A DNA stretch of 64,000 nt from Pseudomonadota bacterium (GTDB lineage Bacteria > Bdellovibrionota_C > UBA2361 > OMII01). The stretch is taken from the NCBI GenBank assembly GCA_038134595.1, contig JAYPVM010000007.1:32001-96000 (forward strand), written 5' to 3'. Below, in pieces: positions 40,362 through 50,877 of the stretch. A model generated the notes under the pieces. The model had not been told where the DNA came from and made no database searches. It saw only the letters and a list, made by a program, of their open reading frames with translations. Both the position numbers and the translations under genes were made by a program. Each line of letters begins with the position of its first letter. Position 1 is the stretch's first letter.

Positions 40362-42044
40362 TCATCCCAACCAGGCAATGAGTCCGTCTATATCAATCGG
40401 TTTTGAGAAGAACTCCCTCGCACCGAGTGCTGCAAACTGATAGAGCTCCTCGTCAGGCGCCTCACCACTCATAACCGCACACATAAATGCCCCTGAGCTC
40501 TCTTTAATGCGCCGCAACAATTTATCTGCTCCACCATCGGGCATATGAACATCACATAAAACACGCACGAGTCGTGACTTCTGTACGGAGTTAAGATATT
40601 CAACTGCACTTAAAACATTTGTGAAAACTCTCACTCCAGCTCCCCGTTTCGCTAAAATTCGCTCCAAAGAAGCTGCGTGCTCTTCATCATCATCCACTAT
40701 TACTACCTCAGTACAAACATCTAGTGAGTCACTTGGAGCACCCCCTCCAACACGAAGCTGACCTACAGTCGTCGCCTCATCCTTTTCTCTGGCCTCTTCG
40801 CTGTCCATCAATCCCTTGGTGACTCTCCGCGTGGGATCTTCCCGATCATACTTAGTACAACATTCCTCGCTCAAACGAAGAGTAATAGAAACCCTCGCTC
40901 CCTCTACGGCATTCGAAACTACTACCGTTCCTCCGAACTTCTCAATAAGCTTAACTGAGGATAACAAGCCAACACCCCATCCACCCTGCTCTGTCTGACC
41001 CTGCGCAGTTTGCGCTCCACGTGCAATCTTCTCTAAAACTTCAGCTGGAAAACCTGGGCCATCATCACACACCCCTATATGTGCCCAAAGCCTCTCCTGC
41101 ACCTTTACATCAAGTTTTATATTCTTAGCGCCATGTTGAACCGCATTACCAACGATATTGGAAAGAACTCGCTCCAAGGCCAGCTCCGAAATATCTACTC
41201 GACACTCCCTACTCTGCATAGCCGAAACCTCAATAGCAATCTGCCTCATGGTCGCCTCTGGCTTAAAGCGCTCAACAACACTTGCTATGACACGACAGAT
41301 GTCTGTTGAAAATGAAGCTGTATCGCTCTCCCTCTTCTTACCTTGCATCCGTGGAGATAATCCCTCCAAGAGCCTATCGACGTATTGGAGCTCTTGGACG
41401 ATATGTGTTCGATCGGACTGATACGCCGCATCCTCTGCCATCATATCAGCTACAAGATATTGAAGCATACTTAATGGGGCACGAACATCATGCGCGATAG
41501 TGGTCATCTCTCGCCTCACAGCATTGAGAGATTCGATTTCAACAAGGCTTTTTCTAAAACTCGCTATCGCTCCAGCGTACACCTCAAGCCATTCACTAAC
41601 AGAGCGCGCTACTTGTTGCGCCATCTCTACTTTTTTGGGTGTTGCTACACCCGAGATTCCAAACCATACAATACACTCGCCAACTCGCTCAAGAACGTGC
41701 CCATGCTGTATTCTGACAGTAATTGAAGTCCGCAACTGCCGCCCCAAAAACCTGAGAGAATCAAGGGCATGATCTCGAACTCGACATGACAGAGGCTCAC
41801 GGTCCTGCTCCAACAAAAACCCCCGCAATATCTCCTGTGGTAGTATTGTCGATTCCTTTGGTTTAGCAACAACACACGTCCCCGTTGTATCAGATACAAC
41901 AAATGCAATCGCCTCAAATTCAGTGTGCAGACTGTGAGACAACTCCCATGCAACTCTGGAAAGCAACTTTTGCGCGGAAATATCTCTCTTTTCACAACAA
42001 TAGGAAAAAGCCCTTCCTATCGAACCCGCCAAAGTCTCTTTCAT
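40362..42044 (-). CDS. hybrid histidine kinase / response regulator
   Basis: H-box IAHDVRAP, N-box NIVGNA, G1 DDGPG, G2 GWGVGL, C-terminal REC (VDDD, CDVHMP, SKP); ATGA overlap with the upstream gene. Confidence 0.9.
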   Translation of the reverse strand: MKETLAGSIGRAFSYCCEKRDISAQKLLSRVAWELSHSLHTEFEAIAFVVSDTTGTCVVAKPKESTILPQEILRGFLLEQDREPLSCRVRDHALDSLRFLGRQLRTSITVRIQHGHVLERVGECIVWFGISGVATPKKVEMAQQVARSVSEWLEVYAGAIASFRKSLVEIESLNAVRREMTTIAHDVRAPLSMLQYLVADMMAEDAAYQSDRTHIVQELQYVDRLLEGLSPRMQGKKRESDTASFSTDICRVIASVVERFKPEATMRQIAIEVSAMQSRECRVDISELALERVLSNIVGNAVQHGAKNIKLDVKVQERLWAHIGVCDDGPGFPAEVLEKIARGAQTAQGQTEQGGWGVGLLSSVKLIEKFGGTVVVSNAVEGARVSITLRLSEECCTKYDREDPTRRVTKGLMDSEEAREKDEATTVGQLRVGGGAPSDSLDVCTEVVIVDDDEEHAASLERILAKRGAGVRVFTNVLSAVEYLNSVQKSRLVRVLCDVHMPDGGADKLLRRIKESSGAFMCAVMSGEAPDEELYQFAALGAREFFSKPIDIDGLIAWLG

Positions 42045-43384
42045 GCAGCTTCTTCCATGCGAGTGTTTTTTGCCAAGCGCACAACATGGGCACACAGCAC
42101 TCTTGGATCTTTGGATTTACTGATAAGGACATCAACACCTATCTCTACTGCCGTGACTTCCACATCTGGCCCCTCATCGGATGTGAGCATAACAACTGGG
42201 ATAGCCTTCAAACGAGAATCCTCCCGTAATCTGGTGACAAATTCCTTTCCGTTCATCGTTGGCATATGCAAATCACAAATAATTACTTTGGGTAGAAAAG
42301 CAGTTAACTTCGTAAGGAGCTCTAATGCTTTTGCGCCATGTTCCGCACACGAAACGACAATCCCCTCACGCTTTAGAAGCCGTTCAAGAACACGACAAAA
42401 CATGGGATTATCATCTATTACAAGCGCCGGAATTTCCTCGACGCATTCTCCATCGACATTTGGACATTCCTTCTCTACCCCTGGCGAATCAAAGTAATCC
42501 TCAACAATCACCTCCTCTTCCACCTGCGGCTCGTCCTCGTTAACACTACGTTCCCACCCAATCAATTCGGGCCCGTTATCTGCCGCCCACGACAACCTAA
42601 AACTCCTACTACTACCAAGAGAACGAACGACAATCTTCCCTATAGATGGGTGGTTGTAGATTTCTCCGTCGTATCCACTAAGGTATTGTAGAACACCCTC
42701 GAGAGCCTGTTGTTGAACGGTTCCAACGGCAATCTTTCCGTCTCGAGTGGTAAACTGATAGCGACTCTTTCCCTCTGAGGATAAAATCTCTAGACTCCGT
42801 GCCCCATGTTCCTCGGCTTCCGTTAAAAGAATACCCACTACACGCGCGCAAAGCTCCTTGCGCCGTAACGTCTCCGCATGGTCTGTATTCGCCTCTCGCT
42901 CGCTAATCAGACGCTCGGCCATATCAAGAGCGCGAGCAATCTCAGTCCAAGGTGCAATAGATATAGACTGAGTGCCATTATACATCTCTAAACCCCTTAC
43001 TTCTGAGGGGTCAACAGCCACAAAGCCTGTTATCTCAATTCCATTGACCGTGGCAACCGATCCCGCTTTACGAAGCGCTGTCAAAATACTACGCGCTCGT
43101 GATCCGAACATGGTCAGGTCCATTACTGGAACCTTATCTTGGTAGGGCATCCGTAATTCTTGCGCTGCAGCGTGCACAAACTCTCTCTCACTTACCCCCA
43201 CCCAAGCAGCCGCAAGAACTCCCCACTGCCTCCTATCATGCGAGGAATCCATCACTTCGCGCATGACACTACGAGGCACTAGCTTCTTCATCGCTTTTAG
43301 TAGGGAGGGAAGCCTCACGGTATCATCCTGTGGCCGTTTTCGTTTATTTATACCGGACATAAACATCCGCACAGGATTTCTCAT
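42041..43384 (-). CDS. PilB/GspE N-domain-like region fused to a C-terminal receiver domain
   Basis: C-terminal REC (IDDN, CDLHMPTMNG, MLTS, K); central VVGILLTEAEEHGARSLEI...RYQFTTRDG resembles the PilB N2 segment; no Walker A. Confidence 0.7.
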   Translation of the reverse strand: MRNPVRMFMSGINKRKRPQDDTVRLPSLLKAMKKLVPRSVMREVMDSSHDRRQWGVLAAAWVGVSEREFVHAAAQELRMPYQDKVPVMDLTMFGSRARSILTALRKAGSVATVNGIEITGFVAVDPSEVRGLEMYNGTQSISIAPWTEIARALDMAERLISEREANTDHAETLRRKELCARVVGILLTEAEEHGARSLEILSSEGKSRYQFTTRDGKIAVGTVQQQALEGVLQYLSGYDGEIYNHPSIGKIVVRSLGSSRSFRLSWAADNGPELIGWERSVNEDEPQVEEEVIVEDYFDSPGVEKECPNVDGECVEEIPALVIDDNPMFCRVLERLLKREGIVVSCAEHGAKALELLTKLTAFLPKVIICDLHMPTMNGKEFVTRLREDSRLKAIPVVMLTSDEGPDVEVTAVEIGVDVLISKSKDPRVLCAHVVRLAKNTRMEEAA

Positions 43385-44031
43385 AATACTACCTCCTCTC
43401 TCGGGACCCACACCGCTGCGTGCTCAACAGTGTCCTCCCGAAACAACTCACCTAACCCTTCAAATCTTCCGCCTACAGCTACTCCCACCAACGTCGCACG
43501 GGGGAAAAATCCTCCCCCGGCACCAACGCTCACTGTTATAGGGCGAGCCACCCCATCAGCCAACCGACGATTCAATGCTTGATCTATGTCAAGGATGTTA
43601 CCCCTTAAACCCTGCGCCACACAGCTCTGCGAAACGAGATTACCAACATCGCCCGTCACTTCATCAACATTATAAACCCAATAACAAGCTCGACTCGATA
43701 CATCCAAAACACGTAGCGACTCATCTTGCAATTGAGCAATCCCCCTCAACGAGAGGGTTCCTATCATGCGTTCCAATCGGTCTTCCTCAGTTCGCAAGTC
43801 CCCATTGATTCCGTTCGATTCCCATACCAGAGTACGACCGATCGCCTCACGCATCAGAGATTCAGGGATTAATCGAACTACCTGTTGATCGCCCACCAAT
43901 CCAAACAGCGCTACAAATGTTAGTGCCAGAGGCAGCAAAACCGCCATCCACGCCGCCAACTCTAATGCGGCAAATCCTCTTTGCCGACTTACTGCCGTTT
44001 TAAGCTCCACTACTCTATTGCTCCACAACAA
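43381..44031 (-). CDS. TadE/TadF-like pseudopilin
   Basis: RQRG|FAALELA prepilin-type cleavage motif followed by a TM helix. Confidence 0.75.
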   Translation of the reverse strand: MLWSNRVVELKTAVSRQRGFAALELAAWMAVLLPLALTFVALFGLVGDQQVVRLIPESLMREAIGRTLVWESNGINGDLRTEEDRLERMIGTLSLRGIAQLQDESLRVLDVSSRACYWVYNVDEVTGDVGNLVSQSCVAQGLRGNILDIDQALNRRLADGVARPITVSVGAGGGFFPRATLVGVAVGGRFEGLGELFREDTVEHAAVWVPREEVVL

Positions 44032-45046
44032 GATTACCCCTTACAAGCTGAGATACAGTGCTGACTAAGAGACTTCCCCGTAATTCACTCTCCGAGGCTC
44101 CAATCTCTCGATACAAGCCTCCATGTATTCCAATTCCCGAGGGGCGATAATCAATTGTGCCTGAATCGTCTACCACCATCGTTATCATATCTATCGGAAA
44201 AAGCGCCCCGTTAGTTGCCTGGCTTAGGACATTGGCTACTGCGGCTGCATAGCCTGTCATATAACGCTCCTGACTCATTACAAGAACGACCACTCGTTTC
44301 CGTACGGCCTGGCTAACAAGCTGTTCTCCAACAAGATCCCTCATCGAAAAGGCCACATCGTAGGCGTCGAATACTGTATCACTCCTACCCTCCAAACTCT
44401 GTAAATCTAGGGGACGGGCCGTATTTTGGCTCCCGCATCGCCCCAGCCCATCACTACCATCGGCGAGCACCTGCTCCACTGGCTCCGACTCTCCGGGGAA
44501 TACCGCTACCGAGAGCCCACCCGACGCAACATCAATCCAGCGAGCATAGAGATTATCCATAAAGACTTGTCGTGCCTGTAAGGAAGGTGTGGCACACACA
44601 TCCTGACCAACGAGAACACTTCTATCCAAAACAAGTAACGCCGCGGCACTTTGAATCGCTACCTGAGACTGTACAGTCATTGAGAGCAAACTATCTGGAA
44701 GCCCAAAAAAGGCCTCTACAATGGGGAGAAACATCCCGTTGTACGTTATCTGGGCTGAGACCCTCGCTTGTCGCACCCCTTGTTGAACTGTCACATCAGT
44801 GACATTAATAACATCCCCCACATTTCCTAACTGCCTTCGGAGCCCCTGCTCAACATCATTAGCTACAACTCCAAACCGCAATGTATCTTGAGCTTGTCTA
44901 TCAAGAGCCTGCTGAATCTCTTCTCGAATCCCAAAAAACTGAGACAGCTCAACCGTGACAGTAAACATAAGAAACAGCACCGGGAGAACAATACCAGCAA
45001 AGAGTGCCGTCACCATTCCTTTACAATTACTGCTGTGCTGACGCAT
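44015..45046 (-). CDS. TadG-like pilus-associated protein
   Basis: KG|MVTALFA, TM, ELSQ...IQQALD, vWA-like LLVLDRS; located in the Tad operon. Confidence 0.7.
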   Translation of the reverse strand: MRQHSSNCKGMVTALFAGIVLPVLFLMFTVTVELSQFFGIREEIQQALDRQAQDTLRFGVVANDVEQGLRRQLGNVGDVINVTDVTVQQGVRQARVSAQITYNGMFLPIVEAFFGLPDSLLSMTVQSQVAIQSAAALLVLDRSVLVGQDVCATPSLQARQVFMDNLYARWIDVASGGLSVAVFPGESEPVEQVLADGSDGLGRCGSQNTARPLDLQSLEGRSDTVFDAYDVAFSMRDLVGEQLVSQAVRKRVVVLVMSQERYMTGYAAAVANVLSQATNGALFPIDMITMVVDDSGTIDYRPSGIGIHGGLYREIGASESELRGSLLVSTVSQLVRGNLVVEQ

Positions 45047-45842
45047 CCACCACCTTCTTTGTAATAGAGCCAACCTGCATAAGTGGCACGGTTAAAAAAC
45101 ATACAATGAGCCCCGTAAAGGTAAGTACTATTGGAAGTACAGCTTTAACCGGAAGTTTTGCAATATGCTCCTCAACACCTTCCTGATAGGCCACCTGTGT
45201 AGCATCACTTAGTTCTTTGAGAGGTCGTACAATCTCTCCCCCCTGCCGATAGGCAAGGCCCAAATGAATACAAGCATGTTTCACTGAAGGGGTAACATTT
45301 TGCTTCGACGCCAGTTCAAACGCCTCTTCCACTGGAGTTCCTCGCTCAGAGAGCGTTACAATCCAACGAAAAAGCTCTGAGATAGGATCTCGACCACCGC
45401 GGCCAGCTTCTCTCAAAGCAGGTATGATATCTAACCCAGAGCCAACGGCCATGACGATCCGCTCCATTACCGTCGGCAAATAAAAATCCATCTTTCGCAA
45501 TCGAAGTGCCTTACGATTATCTCGCTTTCTACTGTAGAACAACTCTCCTGCGAACCCACCGATAACAACGGCAACAACCATGCCTAGAGACGAGAGTGAA
45601 AAAAAGACAAGCCTTATCACAACACACAGCAATGCCCCAATAAACCACGCCTTACGCCGCTCTTGAATGTTCTCCCCTAGCTCATCAGAGAAAAGCACTA
45701 CCCCGTCCTCTTGCTCAGGACTATCAGAGTCATCAAGCAACGAATTCGTAACGTGCTGGTCGCCTCCCCTACTCACCAAAAGAGATGCAGCCAGTAGACT
45801 GGCTCCGAACAATGCAATGAGAACACTAATAGAAAGCGACAT
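45027..45842 (-). CDS. tadC: Tad pilus inner-membrane platform protein TadC-like
   Basis: T2SSF-like LP..MERIVMAVGSGLDI..AL, AKLPVKAVLPI. Confidence 0.8.
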   Translation of the reverse strand: MSLSISVLIALFGASLLAASLLVSRGGDQHVTNSLLDDSDSPEQEDGVVLFSDELGENIQERRKAWFIGALLCVVIRLVFFSLSSLGMVVAVVIGGFAGELFYSRKRDNRKALRLRKMDFYLPTVMERIVMAVGSGLDIIPALREAGRGGRDPISELFRWIVTLSERGTPVEEAFELASKQNVTPSVKHACIHLGLAYRQGGEIVRPLKELSDATQVAYQEGVEEHIAKLPVKAVLPIVLTFTGLIVCFLTVPLMQVGSITKKVVDASAQQ

Positions 45843-45845
45843 CGT

Positions 45846-46688
45846 CTATAACTTCTCTTCCTTACCCATCATCAACATCCAGACCACGCCCAACAAGATC
45901 AGTCCACCTCCAGCAAACAAAAGAAGCTTTCCCAACGGATTTGCTAGAGCAACCTTTACGCCCGATAGATTCGTTACTACCTGCATAGCTGTTATCAAAA
46001 CAGCGCATAGAGCTATCCCAATTGCTGACATCCTATGCATAGCCAAAGCGGCTTTCGTCTTCCGCCTAAAAGATTGTCTCTGCCGAACAACTCGAACCAC
46101 TCGGTGTATCGGTTCTGCCAAGGAACTACCGTGACGTCTTGAGAGCATGATACACCGCTTGAACAACTCAACATCTCGATTTGCTTCGGCGGCAAAAAAA
46201 CCCTCGATCACCTCAAATTCATCGTCCCCCATGCGCAATCGCTGTTTAAAACCCTTCAACTCCTGGGCGAAGGGATTTTCAGGTGCAAAATATTGCTCGG
46301 CATCACACATAGCCCGAATAGGATCTATACCCGCCCGAACAGAAGACGCTACCGACGTCAGTAATGCTGGAATATCTCTATCGATGACTGCTCGCCGTTT
46401 CGCTTCTCTATTACCTACATACAGATACAAGAAGACTCCTGACACCGGCAAAACAATCAAACCTGCCAAAAGGGAAGCATTTCCAGCTACGACACCAGCA
46501 ACACACAAGGCAACTATGAGATAAAAATGCAAGGCCTTTCGGGGAACATGGCGCAGAATCGCTGCGAGCAAAGGATCCATCTCCGGACGATCCGTCGCGC
46601 GCTCTTTTTTATCCCCCTCAGGCCTTCTATCAAATGACGTCAGCAACTGTGAAATAATGAGTCGGTTTGAAGCAAGTATACCCCTCAT
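45846..46688 (-). CDS. tadB: Tad pilus inner-membrane platform protein TadB-like
   Basis: ASSVRAG, RHGSSLAE, RKTKAALA..RMSA; follows the TadA ATPase. Confidence 0.8.
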   Translation of the reverse strand: MRGILASNRLIISQLLTSFDRRPEGDKKERATDRPEMDPLLAAILRHVPRKALHFYLIVALCVAGVVAGNASLLAGLIVLPVSGVFLYLYVGNREAKRRAVIDRDIPALLTSVASSVRAGIDPIRAMCDAEQYFAPENPFAQELKGFKQRLRMGDDEFEVIEGFFAAEANRDVELFKRCIMLSRRHGSSLAEPIHRVVRVVRQRQSFRRKTKAALAMHRMSAIGIALCAVLITAMQVVTNLSGVKVALANPLGKLLLFAGGGLILLGVVWMLMMGKEEKL

Positions 46689-46692
46689 TCTC

Positions 46693-48015
46693 TCACCTCT
46701 TCATCGACGCAGCAGCTTCACGATACGAAACTTCTACCGGAAGCTCCAAGACATCTGGCAACCGCGTAAAAGAAAATGAATATGGTTCCTGTTCCAACTT
46801 TTCGCGAAATGCGCTCACTCGCGTAGCAACTACCCACTGGGGAACACCCTTGGCGGGGCGATACGAGAATATTTCACGCTGCCGCAAAACTCCATCTGCC
46901 ACTGGGCCTAGTTCTCTAATCTCCATAATACGGCGCACACCTGTCATCTTGCACACATCAACAACAACCATCACTTGCACAGCAGTAGCGACCTGAGCTC
47001 CGAGCAGGGCTCTATCCGCATTCTTTTGAACGCGTGCTAAAAATAATTCAAGTCGGGTGATGGCATCAACAACACTGCGACCATGAACAGTAGATAATCC
47101 TGAGTGCCCCGACGCGCACACATCCACAAACGCCTCTGCGGCCTCTGCATCACGAATCTCACCGAAAATAATCCGGTTCATCGCCATTCTCATCCCAGCC
47201 CGAATACACTGCGCGGGTGAAACTCGGCCTGTCCCCTCCAAATTCTCCTCGCGAGTAGTCATATATCTGACGTGAGGATGCTCCAAGCGAATCTCAGGTG
47301 TATCTTCTATTACAAGAACCGATTCATCATGAGGGATAGTTCCAGCCAACGCTCGGGCAAGAGTCGTCTTTCCCGTACCAACCTCTCCTACGATCATAAC
47401 GGTTCTGCTAATACCGACTATTGCCCGCAAGTAATCAAAAATAACCTGCGGAGCAAGTCCCGTCTTTTCGAGCATATCAAGGGTAACCGATGTAAATCGG
47501 TTGATACGAATAGTTAAATAAGGCCCGTTATCACACAACGATTTGTGTACTGCATGAACACGCACCAGAGAGCCTATCATGCCATCTGCGATAGGTTGCT
47601 TGGTTGAATATGCCGTTCCCGCCTGATGCAAAAGTCGTTCCACAAAAGCCTCATAGGAACGCTGATCAGGAAACTTAATTTGAGTTCGCAGACTCTTCCT
47701 TCCCTGTTGAATAGCTACCTTAGAAAACCCAGATACAATAATATCCGAAACTCGGGAGTCATCTATCAGAGACTGCAGCACGCCAAAGGTATGAACATCT
47801 CCTTCAACATGAGTAAGAATCTCATCGCGCTCGAAGCTAGAAAGCTCTACCCCCAAACGGAGCGCAGATTCAGCGACAGTGCTTGAAAGATCTATTTTTT
47901 CTCCACTCGCACCCGTTCCCTGTCGAACAATCGTGCGACGAACATCATCAAGAACGTGAGCCAAAAGCGGCGATAGAGAGGGCGTGGTTCGAGAAAATTC
48001 ATCCACCTGATTCAT
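46693..48015 (-). CDS. tadA: Tad pilus assembly ATPase TadA/CpaF
   Basis: FGVLQSLIDDSRVSDIIV, Walker A GEVGTGKTT, IEDTPEI, IIFGEIR, SGHSGLSTVH. Confidence 0.93.
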   Translation of the reverse strand: MNQVDEFSRTTPSLSPLLAHVLDDVRRTIVRQGTGASGEKIDLSSTVAESALRLGVELSSFERDEILTHVEGDVHTFGVLQSLIDDSRVSDIIVSGFSKVAIQQGRKSLRTQIKFPDQRSYEAFVERLLHQAGTAYSTKQPIADGMIGSLVRVHAVHKSLCDNGPYLTIRINRFTSVTLDMLEKTGLAPQVIFDYLRAIVGISRTVMIVGEVGTGKTTLARALAGTIPHDESVLVIEDTPEIRLEHPHVRYMTTREENLEGTGRVSPAQCIRAGMRMAMNRIIFGEIRDAEAAEAFVDVCASGHSGLSTVHGRSVVDAITRLELFLARVQKNADRALLGAQVATAVQVMVVVDVCKMTGVRRIMEIRELGPVADGVLRQREIFSYRPAKGVPQWVVATRVSAFREKLEQEPYSFSFTRLPDVLELPVEVSYREAAASMKR

Positions 48016-48927
48016 CTACTCAGACCCCTCCCGCACATCGGATTTCGAAAAAAATCCGGACGGCACATCATCTGCCGGTATCCAACGGCCATCTACCAAC
48101 GCGTACTGCCGACGCTCATCTCCCTCGCCAAACGAAACGACCCCACCAACATGCGATTTACGTCCCGAAGGTCTCTTGTCATAGAACTCATCTGATGAAA
48201 ACCTGTGCGCTCGCCAGCTATCGTCATCCTTGGAGCTTCGAAGGGCAAACGATATCTTTCCGAGTGGAACTGCTGTGCTGATTGCCAAGCACTGTTCCTG
48301 GGTGACTAATAACGTAACGGTGCTCGGCACTCCCCGATGGCCTTGCGCACCCAAATCAATTGGAGAAAGTGACCGTTCAGCAGAGATAACTCGCACCTGT
48401 TCAGCGATTACGGTAGTCCTCGTCTTCTCTACCAATAACACATCAACCACCGAGCCACTCCGAGCCCATCCCTCGACCGCTGATGTGGCATCAACCTTAA
48501 CCGTCATGGCTCTCATGCCCGGAGGGATATGTCCCAATATCGGATTTGAAGCTTCATTCATATCACCGATATTCGCTGCCATAACAGGCAGGCCACCCGG
48601 CAACGATACCAACGTAACCCTATCACGACTCCCTCTAAGATCATGTAAAACACCAGCTGGCACCTGATGTCTCGGAAATTTTTCCACCCGAGTTTTAATG
48701 TCACGTACAAACGTTCCAGCCGGAACAGGGCGCTCCGGGACTGGAATTTCCACAACATCAAACTCGGGCACATACGCCTTATAGCGCTCTCGTGTTGGGG
48801 GGGCACTCCCCCCCTTGCCTGCCACATATGCCGCAGATCCAACACCCAGCACCAGCGCCACAGCACCGATTACAGTACCAAGCGATGAGTATCGTCGAAT
48901 GTGCGCGCCAGAAACACGAGTTGCCAT
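48016..48927 (-). CDS. cpaB: Flp pilus assembly protein CpaB/RcpC
   Basis: N-terminal TM, SAF-like domain, IPPGMRAMTVKVD..VEGWARSGSVVDVL, TVTLLVT, FALRS. Confidence 0.9.
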   Translation of the reverse strand: MATRVSGAHIRRYSSLGTVIGAVALVLGVGSAAYVAGKGGSAPPTRERYKAYVPEFDVVEIPVPERPVPAGTFVRDIKTRVEKFPRHQVPAGVLHDLRGSRDRVTLVSLPGGLPVMAANIGDMNEASNPILGHIPPGMRAMTVKVDATSAVEGWARSGSVVDVLLVEKTRTTVIAEQVRVISAERSLSPIDLGAQGHRGVPSTVTLLVTQEQCLAISTAVPLGKISFALRSSKDDDSWRAHRFSSDEFYDKRPSGRKSHVGGVVSFGEGDERRQYALVDGRWIPADDVPSGFFSKSDVREGSE

Positions 48928-48935
48928 AGTATCCC

Positions 48936-49109
48936 TTACTGAACGATCTCTCCGGAACGTGCGTCAGCCCAGCCACCAACAGATCCAAGAAGACCTGCGA
49001 TATTGCCACTGAGTCCGTTTAGAGCAGTCCATAGCACACCCCCGATGATGGCAGCACCAGCACAGTATTCAAGTAACGTATATCCCTTTTGGTTCTTGCG
49101 ATTTCTCAT
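48936..49109 (-). CDS. flp: Flp family type IVc pilin
   Basis: MRNRKNQKG|YTLLEY with E5-Y6 Flp motif then a hydrophobic helix; AAGGAGA upstream. Confidence 0.88.
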   Translation of the reverse strand: MRNRKNQKGYTLLEYCAGAAIIGGVLWTALNGLSGNIAGLLGSVGGWADARSGEIVQ

Positions 49110-49211
49110 ACATTTCTCCTTTTTAGAAAACGGCCTCCAGCACAAGCGCCGAAAACCTCCTCACTAACTATCTACTTTCTATTTGAACTACTCCGCGCAA
49201 TTCAAAAACTA

Positions 49212-50588
49212 CTACCCAAGAAGAACGGGCTTCGAAACCAGCGTACTATCATCCGAAACATCAAGCTGAGACGATAACAGCGCTGAAGACCCCAACTGAG
49301 GAGAAGCTCCCCAAGGCTCTTTCGACGCACTTTCCCTCTTCCGAAACCTTCGTCCCACTTGCAACACACCAGCAAAATGCCGAACAAGTCCAAGAACAAT
49401 CCCACTCACAAACCCAACCAATTGAGAGAACAAAGAACGTGCTCGCTCCTTTCCTCCTGGTTCGATGAATAAATGTTCTAGGTTACGACGAAGAAATTTA
49501 TACGGAGTGTGTCCGCTGCACATCCATGTAACAGCTTGTTGCGTCTTAGGCACAACGATATCGCTAACGTCCTTACCGGCGATAACAACTACCTGCTCGC
49601 GCAAAAGAGAAACTGCGGCACTTCCAACTCCCGTATCGTTTAGCACCGTAGTCAACGTTGCATTTGGCTTTAAAAATCCGGCGATAAGCGACAGTGCCTG
49701 GCGATTTGCATACGCAGCACTCGCATCGCGATTTACCACAAAGTGGACATCGTCACATATCTGAAACAAAGCGTTGCGTGCCGGAGTTACCAAACTAGAC
49801 GTATCTACTACCACCCTATCGTACTGAAGAAGCAATGCCTCTAAAACAGCGACAAAACCTCGTTGCGCATGTTGAGAAGCAAACAAAGATTCATCGCATC
49901 CTGCGGGCGGCGCCACACAACCGAAGCGACTTTCATTAATCCACACGTCTCTCACACATTCAGTGACCGTCTCGGAAGTAACCACCCTCTCCTGATCGAT
50001 AAGAATACGTAAGGACTCATTGACATACGGTCGAACCTGCATAAATCGAGTGAGATCTTGTGACAACACATCACAATCTACCATGCAGACCTTACATCCC
50101 TTCTCAAACCACCCCTCTGCTACCGCCGCAGTAATAAAGGTTTTTCCAACGCCACCCCGCGCAGAATCAATCACGACCAAGCGTCCCCGCCTCTTTGACT
50201 GAACTCTCCTTTGAAGAAGCAGGATACGTCTAAAAAACTCGTCGCTTGAGGCGGAATCAACAAGCACATCGTCAACGCCAAGACGCCCAAGCTGTTCGAC
50301 CAGCCCAAACGAATACGTACGAGCGTCCAACACGCATAAAAGTATCTTTTCTGGCAATTGCTTACGTAGGCTATTAATAAACGCGGCATCGCAACCCACT
50401 AGCTCGGGCCCGATAATACAAACGTCTAAGTCGCCGTGAAAACGAACTTCTTCAGGGGATAATAAATGAAGGGAGATGCGAGGAGCAGAGACTTTTCCAC
50501 CAGGAGGTGCCCAAGCCCACCGTTCGACTAGAGTAGATAACCTTCGGCGACCTTCAGCGCTTAGGTCTACAATGCCGAGTTCAATCAT
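49212..50588 (-). CDS. CpaE/TadZ-like MinD/ParA-family protein with receiver-like N-terminus
   Basis: Deviant Walker A SARGGVGKT, VCMVDCD, YDRVVVDT; first gene of the Tad operon; GGAGGT before ATG 50588. Confidence 0.8.
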   Translation of the reverse strand: MIELGIVDLSAEGRRRLSTLVERWAWAPPGGKVSAPRISLHLLSPEEVRFHGDLDVCIIGPELVGCDAAFINSLRKQLPEKILLCVLDARTYSFGLVEQLGRLGVDDVLVDSASSDEFFRRILLLQRRVQSKRRGRLVVIDSARGGVGKTFITAAVAEGWFEKGCKVCMVDCDVLSQDLTRFMQVRPYVNESLRILIDQERVVTSETVTECVRDVWINESRFGCVAPPAGCDESLFASQHAQRGFVAVLEALLLQYDRVVVDTSSLVTPARNALFQICDDVHFVVNRDASAAYANRQALSLIAGFLKPNATLTTVLNDTGVGSAAVSLLREQVVVIAGKDVSDIVVPKTQQAVTWMCSGHTPYKFLRRNLEHLFIEPGGKERARSLFSQLVGFVSGIVLGLVRHFAGVLQVGRRFRKRESASKEPWGASPQLGSSALLSSQLDVSDDSTLVSKPVLLG

Positions 50589-50877
50589 TCCAACACCTCC
50601 GAAACAACCAGAAAAGTGAGAGCGGAAAGAACCTATTTTAAAAAGAGTCCACAAAGAGCCGTGCTTTTTGACTCTTGGAAAAAACCTTGGGGCGGACTCT
50701 ACCATAAAAACGCAAAAGACGTGTGGTCTTTTTTTGCATTTCATTTTTTTTACTGCACAGCAACCGCAGGTAACCTATCTAGCCCCACTCCCGCCCCTGT
50801 TTTTCTCATTTCTCATCAATCAACATTGTTGTAAAATAAGGAAGATAGGACGTTTAAAGGAGGCTGTGCACTGAACA

